Origin: Candidatus Saccharimonadales bacterium
GTDB lineage: Bacteria; Patescibacteriota; Saccharimonadia; Saccharimonadales; DATKHC01
Length of the DNA: 64,000 nucleotides
Direction of reading: 5' to 3'
Assembly (NCBI GenBank): GCA_038317055.1
Contig: JBBQBA010000001.1
Span: 216,153 to 280,152 of the forward strand
How positions within the stretch are numbered: the first letter of the stretch is position 1; each line of letters starts with the position of its first letter. The notes below the pieces were generated by a model. That model saw only the letters and a list, made by a program, of their open reading frames with translations. It was not told the origin of the DNA and ran no database searches. Made by a program: the position numbers and the translations under genes. Shown here one piece after another: positions 56,432 through 64,000 of this stretch.

Positions 56432-56506
56432 CGCGGGGTGGAGCAGTGGCAGCTCGCGTGGCTCATAACCACGAGGTCGCAGGTTCGAGTCCTGCCCCCG
56501 CTACCA
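56432..56506 (+). tRNA. initiator tRNA-fMet (CAT), CCA encoded
   Basis: CGCGGGGTGGAGCAG... is nearly colinear with E. coli tRNA-fMet. It has the C1xU72 mismatch and anticodon loop CTCATAA. Confidence 0.9.
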
Positions 56507-56516
56507 TAAGCATTAT

Positions 56517-56539
56517 GACCTCTGCAAAAGAAGTCTTTT
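56517..56539 (+). terminator. hairpin GACCTCT-GCAAA-AGAAGTC + TTTT after tRNA-fMet
   Basis: Read directly. There is one mismatch in the 7-bp stem. Confidence 0.4.
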
Positions 56540-56579
56540 AATTAATAGATACGACGGATTATGCTAGAATATTCATGAA

Positions 56580-57197
56580 ATGAATGATGCTCTTGTTGAA
56601 TGGGCTAGCCAAAAGAAAAAACGTTATAATGCAGGAGTTTTTGTAGCCGTAGGCTTAATAATATTTTCATTATTATCTAGATTAATCTTTCGCTCAGGTA
56701 CAAATAGACTTCAGTTTGCCACACTCTTTCTAGGTGGCATAAGTATTTTGTATCTATTACTCACCTGCTTAGGTTGGATAAGTACATTGAGCAAGCGCAA
56801 GCAAGAGCGTTTAAGACGCCAAGGCGGTGCACCACCTTCCTACCGTACTCACATTACGGTTACCGCTGCTGCGGCTTTAGGGCTTAAAGTGCCTGACATA
56901 TATCAAAAATCAAAGACTAATGTGTTGTATGGAGGACCTCGGGGACAATTAACCATGACCTCCGACAAACTATCTTGGCATCCTAATGAGCAATCTCAGA
57001 AATCGGGAGTAAGTTGGACGATTGATGTTCAATATAGCAATGTACTTTCTTGGAAATACATTAAGCTACATACTGCCACACCAGTTGCTTGTATAGCTTT
57101 TATTACTTCAAATGATAAGCTAATAGACTTTACTATCTTTGACCCACAAGACTTACACACTCAATTAACCAGTCACTTGCATACACCAGAGTCATAA
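56580..57197 (+). CDS. membrane protein with a C-terminal PH/GRAM-like domain
   Basis: Two N-terminal TM segments. The C-terminus GQLTMTSDKLSWHP...IDFTIFDP resembles bacterial PH-like folds (pattern only). Confidence 0.5.
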   Translation: MNDALVEWASQKKKRYNAGVFVAVGLIIFSLLSRLIFRSGTNRLQFATLFLGGISILYLLLTCLGWISTLSKRKQERLRRQGGAPPSYRTHITVTAAAALGLKVPDIYQKSKTNVLYGGPRGQLTMTSDKLSWHPNEQSQKSGVSWTIDVQYSNVLSWKYIKLHTATPVACIAFITSNDKLIDFTIFDPQDLHTQLTSHLHTPES

Positions 57198-57321
57198 AAG
57201 AAACCACGAAGCTTGGTTCCACTCCTACTTGATAGAGTAGGGTACTCCTATTGTCCCTCTAGATAGTGTCTTCCACCTACTCAATTCCTCTAAGAGTTCA
57301 TTCCAAGACGAGGACACCTGG

Positions 57322-57337
57322 GCTACCATAAGCATTA
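57322..57337 (+). repeat. 16-bp direct repeat of the tRNA-fMet 3' end and flank (GCTACCATAAGCATTA)
   Basis: Identical to 56500-56515. Confidence 0.6.
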
Positions 57338-57371
57338 CAAACTCAGGGAGATCTGGGTTTATTTTATTCTT

Positions 57372-57818
57372 TTAACCGTTTCTACGAAAGAAAAAATTCA
57401 TCCAAGCCTCAAAATTACTTTGGTACTTGGGTTTTTGTGGAGGTGGACTAGAAATTAAATTATTATCGTTTGGTATATTTACATTTTGAATAAGCGCCAC
57501 GCTTTTCGGAACAAGGATTAGCTTCTCACCTGGAGCTGCTTTGCCAAGAAGTTGACGAGACTGTAATTCTAGATATTCATTAGTATTGTAATACTGGTTT
57601 TGGAGCTGTAGATTCTTATTTTGAAGGTTAGCAAGATCATTTTGTTGTTGTAGTTGAGTAATCTGTTTCTGGAGACTGTAATTAGATTCTACAGCACCAA
57701 CTCCGCTCCAGGTTACAAGGACTGCAATAATTCCGAAGACTACAAGACCAGCAACTCTGATATCCTGTGAGCTTTTATTGATTATGTCAGTAACTAATGT
57801 TTGAATTTTTGTAAACAC
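57372..57818 (-). CDS. septum formation initiator (FtsB/DivIC-like)
   Basis: N-terminal TM then a Gln/Leu coiled coil LQKQITQLQQQNDLANLQNKNLQLQNQ. GTG start. Confidence 0.65.
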   Translation of the reverse strand: MFTKIQTLVTDIINKSSQDIRVAGLVVFGIIAVLVTWSGVGAVESNYSLQKQITQLQQQNDLANLQNKNLQLQNQYYNTNEYLELQSRQLLGKAAPGEKLILVPKSVALIQNVNIPNDNNLISSPPPQKPKYQSNFEAWMNFFFRRNG

Positions 57819-58013
57819 GGTTTCTTTATTTTACCAAATTAAGCTCTATTTTTATTTATAGATTGTGTATTGCGTTATTAGCTTGAAAATATTAATACAT
57901 TAAAGAGACTGGGTATAGCTAACTGACTCGAGTATTAATTTAATATTATCATCAAATATTTAATCCCTGAATTTCGACTTTCTCTTTTCACTTTTTTAAT
58001 ATAAGTTTGGGTT

Positions 58014-58724
58014 ATGCCTAAAATTAACGTTAACGATGTAAATATAAATTATGAAGTATATGGAGATGGCGATCCACTCATTTTTATTCCGGGCATTGTG
58101 AGTAATATATACGAATATAAAAAAATATTAACGCCACTGTCGAAACATTTTAAATTAATTGCTGTTGATAACAGGGGCACTGGTAAAAGTGATAAGCCGA
58201 AATTACCGAAATACACAATTGAAATGATGGCTGATGATGTAATTGGGGTAATGGATAATCTTAAACTAGAAAAAGTACATGTTATAGGTATTTCCATGGG
58301 GGGTAACGTCGCAATCTCACTATATTGTCGGAACCCAAAACGTATAAATAGTTTAATATTAATTTCAACATACGCTAAACGTCCCGAAACATCGAAAGTT
58401 GAGCAAAGTCTTAAGCAAGTCTTAAAGGTCCCTATATTTAGAGGAGTTGGCAAACATCACCAACCCTTGCATATTGCTAAATTACAACTTGCCGCGATCT
58501 CGAATTTTGACTACACCGATAGACTAAAAAATATAAAAGCTCCAACTCTTATTATTCATGGTAATAGGGATAAACTAGTTCCCTATAAATACGCAGAGAA
58601 TTTACATGGTGGGATAAAAGATTCAAGACTTATAAAAATAACTGGTGGACATTTATTCTTCTTTATAAAAACAACGCAATTTGTAAATGCGATCTCTGAA
58701 TTTGTACACGGATTAAAGCAATAA
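58014..58724 (+). CDS. alpha/beta hydrolase
   Basis: Nucleophile elbow GISMGG, an HG-type oxyanion region, and a late D/H. Confidence 0.85.
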   Translation: MPKINVNDVNINYEVYGDGDPLIFIPGIVSNIYEYKKILTPLSKHFKLIAVDNRGTGKSDKPKLPKYTIEMMADDVIGVMDNLKLEKVHVIGISMGGNVAISLYCRNPKRINSLILISTYAKRPETSKVEQSLKQVLKVPIFRGVGKHHQPLHIAKLQLAAISNFDYTDRLKNIKAPTLIIHGNRDKLVPYKYAENLHGGIKDSRLIKITGGHLFFFIKTTQFVNAISEFVHGLKQ

Positions 58725-58824
58725 TTTATTATGTTTGTGCTAAATATCAATTCATAAATAGCTCTTAATTCCAAATATACGGATTTAGCTTAAACGTATG
58801 TACAGGAATTCTAATTAGCAAAAA

Positions 58825-58840
58825 AGAGGCATAAACCTCT
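58825..58840. terminator. hairpin AGAGG-CATAAA-CCTCT flanked by an A-run and a T-run (bidirectional)
   Basis: Read directly, between the hydrolase stop and the tRNA 3' end. Confidence 0.4.
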
Positions 58841-58863
58841 TTTAAATTAAATCATAAGCTTTT

Positions 58864-58939
58864 TGGTGGGGCTGGTTGGGTTCGAACCAACGACCAATCG
58901 GTTATGAGCCGACTGCTCTAACCACTGAGCTACAGCCCC
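58864..58939 (-). tRNA. tRNA with CAT anticodon, elongator type (possibly tRNA-Ile2/lysidine), CCA encoded
   Basis: Hand fold: acceptor GGGGCTG/CAGCCCC. The anticodon arm GTCGG-CTCATAA-CCGAT and the D arm and variable loop resemble E. coli ileX as I recall it. Confidence 0.88.
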
Positions 58940-58963
58940 ATTTCTAAAATGGAGTATAACAGA

Positions 58964-59908
58964 TTACTTCAGTATTGTGAGTAGTTCTTCAATAGAATCA
59001 GAATTCATTAATTCTTCTCGAAGCTCTTTAGCTCCATCAAAGTTATTTATATAAACCTTAGCAAATTTTCTAAGTGAATTAACTTTTCGCTCATTATTTT
59101 TCCAGGTTTCACCAAAAAGTTGAATATGCTTTGCAAATAGCTCTCTCTTTTCCGTTGGTGTTTTATCACTCCAAGGAGAGTTTGGGCTAAAAACAAACGG
59201 ATCTGTGAAAATGCCTCTGCCAATCATAATTCCATCTAGTTTGAACCTTAAAGCTAGCTCTCTACCCTTTTTAACATTATCAACGTCACCGTTACCAACA
59301 ATCTTAGTATTAGGGTAGATTTTGTCTCTAAGTACTCTTATATGACCAATTGACTCCCAATCGGCAGGTACTAAGCTCATATCTTTCTTAGTCCGACCAT
59401 GAATAGTCAAACTATCTAGCTCAAATCCTAATAAAAATTCATGCCAACTATAGTCTATTTCGTTATAGCCAAGTCTTGTCTTAACGCTAATAGGTATCTG
59501 ACCTTTAGCTCCAGCTTTAGTAGCTTCGATTATTTCTTTGGCTAATGGTCTGTTATTAATGAGAGCCGAGCAGGTACCGTTGCTAACTATAGTTTTGATT
59601 GGACAACCCATATTTAAATCAACTCCAGCATAACCCATCTCAAATAACTCGCTTGCAGTTTTGTGGAAATTCTCTGGATTCTTACCCCATAACTGAGCAA
59701 TAATTGGCTTGTCCGTCTCTGATAACCTTAGCTTATGCATAAGTCTCGGTCGCCCGGGACTTTGCAGACCGTCTACATTAACAAACTCTGTAAAGAATAG
59801 GTCAGGTTTTGCACATTCTGCCACTATTTTTCGAAATACTACATCGCTAACGTCATCTAGAGGCGCTAGAGCAAAGAATGGACTTGGTAGTTCAGTGTAA
59901 ATATTCAT
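58964..59908 (-). CDS. dus: tRNA-dihydrouridine synthase
   Basis: APLDDVSDVVFR, VDLNMGCP, and the HGRT region. ATG 59908 is preferred over the track start at 59956. Confidence 0.9.
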   Translation of the reverse strand: MNIYTELPSPFFALAPLDDVSDVVFRKIVAECAKPDLFFTEFVNVDGLQSPGRPRLMHKLRLSETDKPIIAQLWGKNPENFHKTASELFEMGYAGVDLNMGCPIKTIVSNGTCSALINNRPLAKEIIEATKAGAKGQIPISVKTRLGYNEIDYSWHEFLLGFELDSLTIHGRTKKDMSLVPADWESIGHIRVLRDKIYPNTKIVGNGDVDNVKKGRELALRFKLDGIMIGRGIFTDPFVFSPNSPWSDKTPTEKRELFAKHIQLFGETWKNNERKVNSLRKFAKVYINNFDGAKELREELMNSDSIEELLTILK

Positions 59909-59930
59909 AATCGTATAAACAAAAAAGTAA

Positions 59931-59950
59931 CGCCTGAAAATCTTCAGGCG
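59931..59950 (-). terminator. Rho-independent terminator (8-bp stem CGCCTGAA/TTCAGGCG)
   Basis: On the minus strand the stem is followed by TTACTTTTTTG. It sits after the 65-aa ORF. Confidence 0.55.
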
Positions 59951-59975
59951 CCACAATCAAAGTTTTATCTAAAAA

Positions 59976-60173
59976 CTATTTTCGCTTCAGTGTAAGGAAA
60001 CCATTTCGTGGGTTTTCGTTTACTGTGTAGCCATCTGGCAATTCATTAATTGTTTCAGGTCGCTCGTCCTTACTGAAGTAATAAATGGTCTGCTTTTTGC
60101 CACCACGCAAAGTAACGATCTTTGAATTTAGAAAATATGTTACTCCTTTAGAATTTGTGTGCTTATATGCCAT
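59976..60173 (-). CDS. small conserved-looking hypothetical protein (65 aa)
   Basis: MAYKHTNSKGVTYFLNSKIVTLRGGKKQTIYYFSKDERPE...; it has its own terminator. Confidence 0.55.
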   Translation of the reverse strand: MAYKHTNSKGVTYFLNSKIVTLRGGKKQTIYYFSKDERPETINELPDGYTVNENPRNGFLTLKRK

Positions 60174-60402
60174 GATTACATCTCTCCCTCTCTTGTAAAT
60201 TTGTAATTGTATTCATACGATACTCTTGGGGCTTTCAGATTGTCAACTGTATTTATCCCTATAATTCTGGTAACAGATTAGCATGTCTTACAAACTGTAG
60301 TTTATTTAGCAATGGATTATTGTTTGAGCAAAGCTTATGCGTTACACTATTATTGTAAAGAAGACAAAATAATAACGAATAATCGGTGGAATTTTAATTT
60401 AT

Positions 60403-61086
60403 ATGGAAGTATCTAATAATGGTGGTAGACCTCAACCTGCTGGTCAATTTGTAGGCAGACCACAATCAAGTGAACCAAGTTCACCAACTCATCACGTAAA
60501 AAAACCTAAAAGCAAAAAAGAAAGTTTATTCAGTTTAAGAACTTTGTTTGGAGTTCTATTAATAGGGATAGCAGTACTTGTTATTTCACTTATTTTATTT
60601 GTAGTAAGTAATACCTTTACGAGCGAAGGAAGTTATGTAAATAAGAATGCGTATCAGGCAGTCTTTGTAAACGTAACTGGCAGTAGCGGTGGTCAGGCAT
60701 ATTTTGGTCATATACAACAGATTAACTCACAGTACGTAAAGCTATCTGGAGTGTTCTACCTCCAACCAGGCTCAGGTAATAATCAGTTCACCTTAAACAA
60801 CCTTAGCTGTGCCCTATATAACCCTGAAGACGTTATGATTATTAAAACAGCTCAAGTTGCATTCTGGGAAAACTTAAAGAGTAATAGCCAAGTAACAACA
60901 GACATTAATAAATGGTATACAGACAAGTTAACATGTAGCTCATCAAGCTCAAGCGCAGCGACAAATCCAACCACAACAACTGGTGCTACAACAGCTACTG
61001 GAGCAACTACCCCAACAACGACTACAACACCAACCACTGCTACAACACCAACCACAACCACGACACCCACAACTACTAAGCACTAG
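60403..61086 (+). CDS. membrane-anchored surface protein with a poly-Thr C-terminal tail
   Basis: One TM (LFGVLLIGIAVLVISLILFVV) and the tail TTTGATTATGATTPTTTTTPTTATTPTTTTTPTTT. Confidence 0.6.
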   Translation: MEVSNNGGRPQPAGQFVGRPQSSEPSSPTHHVKKPKSKKESLFSLRTLFGVLLIGIAVLVISLILFVVSNTFTSEGSYVNKNAYQAVFVNVTGSSGGQAYFGHIQQINSQYVKLSGVFYLQPGSGNNQFTLNNLSCALYNPEDVMIIKTAQVAFWENLKSNSQVTTDINKWYTDKLTCSSSSSSAATNPTTTTGATTATGATTPTTTTTPTTATTPTTTTTPTTTKH

Positions 61087-61151
61087 TAAAATATTAGTTA
61101 AGATAATAAAGCAGCACCATTGATATAAGATAGTGTAACTCTTCTAACAAA

Positions 61152-61766
61152 CTATGAATGCTGTTTGAGGCGAAGTTTTAGCCACTTTTCTAGAGTAAAC
61201 CTTGCTACAAACAATACTAGGAATATGAAGCTTATAACAATGCTCCAGCCGGCTAAGTCAGGTGACCATTTAGGAGATACAAAATCAAACTCGTATAAAC
61301 CAACTGGGATTTGTTGTGCCTTACTGCCATGATTACTAACATAATTTTCAATACATGGAACTCTACCGCGCCCCGAGAAACCATCAGGTATAAGCTGTTG
61401 GCAATAATTCTCAGCATTTGTGTAGATTTGTGTATTTGAAGCATTAACACTCGCAGACTGTGCTGTTTGTAGACGTTGATAGGTATATTTTAGTTGTATA
61501 GGCGGATATATTGCATTTGGGCCACTAGCTAAACTTGAATTCATGTGAGAATACATATACTTTCGTAAATTATTAAGTGCAAGCGAAACATTTCCATCTT
61601 GTTTATCAACTTGTAGTAAGTTATTACGAAGTTTAATAGCAGTAAGATTATTGTTTCTGAGGGAAATTACAGCAACTGAAGCACTAATTATAAATGCCAC
61701 TAAGAAGTACCAATAACTAATCGGCTTAAGCTTAACTAATATTTGATGAATTTTTCGCTTGTGCAT
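61152..61766 (-). CDS. membrane protein, function unknown
   Basis: 204-aa ORF with TM segments at both ends. Confidence 0.55.
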   Translation of the reverse strand: MHKRKIHQILVKLKPISYWYFLVAFIISASVAVISLRNNNLTAIKLRNNLLQVDKQDGNVSLALNNLRKYMYSHMNSSLASGPNAIYPPIQLKYTYQRLQTAQSASVNASNTQIYTNAENYCQQLIPDGFSGRGRVPCIENYVSNHGSKAQQIPVGLYEFDFVSPKWSPDLAGWSIVISFIFLVLFVARFTLEKWLKLRLKQHS

Positions 61767-61847
61767 ATATTTACTAATTATTATATGTTGATTAGATAAA
61801 TCTACTTAATCAAAAATTGCTTAAGTTTAACATGATAGACTGTACTC

Positions 61848-63143
61848 ATGCATTTATTTTTCTCTGGTATAGGCGGTGCTGGTATTGGGCCACTAGCACT
61901 AATTGCACACCAAGCTGGATATGAAGTGTCTGGTTCAGATAAACAACCATCACAATATATTGAATATCTAAGAGAGCAAGGTGTAAAAAATATATATATT
62001 GGCCAAACACTAGATAATATTAGTCGTTTACACCGACGCCAATCTATAGATTGGTATATTTACAGTTCTGCTGTTTCAATCGAAAATTCTGATTCACCGG
62101 AATTAAAGTTTTGTGAAGATAATGCAATTAAGACAAGTAAACGTGATGAACTGCTCAATCTCATTATTAAAGAAAGGAAACTAAAACTCGTTGCAATTGC
62201 TGGTACACATGGCAAATCTACTACTACTGCTATGATAATTTGGATATTCAAAGAACTTGGTCTGCCCATTAGTTACTCTGTTGGTGCTAAAACGAATTTC
62301 GGAGAAATGGGTGAATACGATAAGAACTCAGAGTTTTTTGTTTACGAAGCTGATGAATTTGATCGGAATTTTTTAAGTTTTGATCCATATATATCCGTAA
62401 TAACAGGCGTTACGTGGGATCATCATGAAATATTCCCTACTCGTGAAGATTATATTCTAGCTTTTAAAGAATTTGTAGAACAATCAAAACACACAATTAT
62501 ATGGAGTGAGGACGAAGCTTATCTTGAACTTGAAGATTCATCAAAAATAATTGTTGAAAATTCTCAAAATTTACATGTACCAAAAATTACTTTAGATGGT
62601 CATTTCAACAGACTTGATGCATACCTTGCTGTAAGGGCACTTCATGAAATAACTAATGAACCTATCGATAATCTGATCCCAATCATAAATAAGTTCCCCG
62701 GTTTAAAGCGGCGAATGGAAGAAATAGTACCTAACTTATACAGCGACTATGCTCATACACCCGAGAAAATTAAAGGGGCTATGAGTGTAGCAATTGAAGT
62801 AGCAAATAAGACACACAAGTCGGTAGTGGTGATCTATGAGCCTTTAACCGACAGAAGACAACACTACATTAAGAATGACTATAAAGACTGTTTTGCTGGC
62901 GCAAAGATTATTTATTGGTTACCTAGCTATTTGGCTAGAGAAGATCCAAATATGGCGGTGCTTAGTCCTGAAGAATTGATTTCTAATCTTGACGACCCAT
63001 CTATCGCTAAACCAAGTAAAAGAGACGAAAATCTGAAGAAAATTATTGAAAACCATATCTCAAAAGGAGACCTAGTTCTAGGATTAAATGGCGGCGGCGG
63101 AGACAGTTTAGATGAATGGCTAAGAAACGAGTTCAAAACTTAA
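61848..63143 (+). CDS. murC: Mur ligase family, UDP-N-acetylmuramate--L-alanine ligase type (MurC, or Mpl)
   Basis: N-terminus FSGIGGAGIGPLALIAHQAGYEVSGSD and the P-loop AIAGTHGKSTTTAM. Confidence 0.8.
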   Translation: MHLFFSGIGGAGIGPLALIAHQAGYEVSGSDKQPSQYIEYLREQGVKNIYIGQTLDNISRLHRRQSIDWYIYSSAVSIENSDSPELKFCEDNAIKTSKRDELLNLIIKERKLKLVAIAGTHGKSTTTAMIIWIFKELGLPISYSVGAKTNFGEMGEYDKNSEFFVYEADEFDRNFLSFDPYISVITGVTWDHHEIFPTREDYILAFKEFVEQSKHTIIWSEDEAYLELEDSSKIIVENSQNLHVPKITLDGHFNRLDAYLAVRALHEITNEPIDNLIPIINKFPGLKRRMEEIVPNLYSDYAHTPEKIKGAMSVAIEVANKTHKSVVVIYEPLTDRRQHYIKNDYKDCFAGAKIIYWLPSYLAREDPNMAVLSPEELISNLDDPSIAKPSKRDENLKKIIENHISKGDLVLGLNGGGGDSLDEWLRNEFKT

Positions 63144-63155
63144 TAAATAATCTTA

Positions 63156-64000
63156 CTATTTAGTTTCTTCGATTGTTTCAACAACCTCTGGTAATTCAAT
63201 CTCTTCTATTGGATTTGAATTAATTCTGTTGGCAACCAATTCTCTATTATCATATTGATCAAATTCATTTGTGACCGTCTCACCAACTAATGACTTTAGT
63301 ACTTCCCTTGCGGTAATTACACCAACATATTCTTGATCACTATTTATAACCAAAAACATTTCTTGAGCAGTTTTTATAATAGCCTGGAGTACTTCATTTA
63401 AATATTGTTCTTCATGAACATAATGAATCGATTGGTCCATAACATCTTCAACACGAACTGTGGCACGTGACTGAACTAGAGAAGTTATTCCAAGTATTCC
63501 TACAATATTTGTCATTTTATTTTCATAAACCGGAAAATAACTATGCTTGGTTTTATGAAGCTCACTAAGAACAATTGGACCAAGCGTTTCATGAACTGAA
63601 ATAGCATGAACCTTTCGTTTTGGAGTCATAATATCCATAACTCTTTCACTACCAAAATCCAGAACATGCTTTAATAGATCAATTTCAAATTCATCAATTC
63701 GATTATCTGTCTGTTTTTGTTGGAGAGCTAACATTCTTACAATGTCAGATTTCTCATATAGTCCAGTATGTGATGGTTTAGAGAGTCTTTTAGATAGATA
63801 TTTAAGTTGAGGGTGTATGTACTGTAATATCCAAGCTAAGGGCTTTGCTAATACTTGTGCTAAATATTGACTAACAATGTTTACTGAACTTCTAGGCAGC
63901 CAAATATAAGCTAACCAAATTAATGCTATGTTAGCCACAAGTGCGATCCATAATGGAGACTTACGCGCGACAAACGCAAAAAAGAATGCGCTAGCAATTG
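63156..64000 (-). CDS. DUF21-CBS pair membrane protein (CorC/TlyC-like); N-terminus beyond the window end
   Basis: The CBS pair region is VMDIMTPKRKV...VGIL and VEDVM...VGVITAREVL. The frame stays open to position 64000. Confidence 0.85.
   Translation of the reverse strand, partial: IASAFFFAFVARKSPLWIALVANIALIWLAYIWLPRSSVNIVSQYLAQVLAKPLAWILQYIHPQLKYLSKRLSKPSHTGLYEKSDIVRMLALQQKQTDNRIDEFEIDLLKHVLDFGSERVMDIMTPKRKVHAISVHETLGPIVLSELHKTKHSYFPVYENKMTNIVGILGITSLVQSRATVRVEDVMDQSIHYVHEEQYLNEVLQAIIKTAQEMFLVINSDQEYVGVITAREVLKSLVGETVTNEFDQYDNRELVANRINSNPIEEIELPEVVETIEETK

Noticed and set aside
1-64000. CRISPR arrays, rRNA genes, insertion sequences, prophage or integrase genes, restriction-modification or toxin-antitoxin pairs.
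   Set aside because: I saw none when reading both strands and the ORF track. The only repeats found are the tRNA-end duplications and short terminator or operator repeats listed above.

Overview
This is a low-GC, gene-dense bacterial chromosome segment. About 75 protein genes and 8 tRNAs are called. There is no rRNA, no CRISPR array, and no transposase, integrase or phage structural gene.

The content points to a reduced-genome, Gram-positive-like lineage, most plausibly a Patescibacteria/CPR bacterium such as Saccharibacteria; this is inference from gene content, not a database hit. The supporting content is:
- RNase Y + YmdB
- a CIRCE-controlled hrcA-grpE-dnaK-dnaJ operon
- yebC-ruvCAB and recA-recX
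- tsaE/tsaB, ftsH-tilS, lepA
- peptidoglycan genes murA, murC and murJ
- a type IV pilus ATPase plus pilin
- many small membrane or secreted proteins with Thr/Pro-rich linkers, and almost no metabolism

The standard genetic code applies, and TGA is a rare but real stop.

I found no recognisable defence or mobile system. The candidates I would look at first are:
1. A compositionally distinct insert at 2797-3620, between murA and tRNA-His. It has a ~175-nt multi-helix RNA candidate abutting an orphan ORF with a strong Shine-Dalgarno sequence.
2. A family of exported proteins sharing an unusual conserved leader (K/N-rich, G-F-[AGS]-H/x, TM, then SHA). The leader reads both as a prepilin signal and as a signal-peptidase-I site. 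Two tandem members sit in an apparent operon with lepB, and one 38-codon leader-only ORF sits upstream of a protease-rimK pair.
3. Single-gene cassettes bounded by duplicated tRNA 3' ends at tRNA-Lys and tRNA-fMet.
4. Unusual fusions or degenerate enzymes: HTH-MurA, a deoxyribosyltransferase-like-Nudix fusion, a PilB-like ATPase with altered Walker A and His box, and a guanylate-kinase fold without a P-loop.
5. A sensor-less GGDEF cyclase paired with an acidic ORF.
6. A UbiB/ABC1 kinase bracketed by two paralogous mini membrane proteins.

All functional calls come from motif reading of the supplied translations and my own reading of the DNA. No searches were run.
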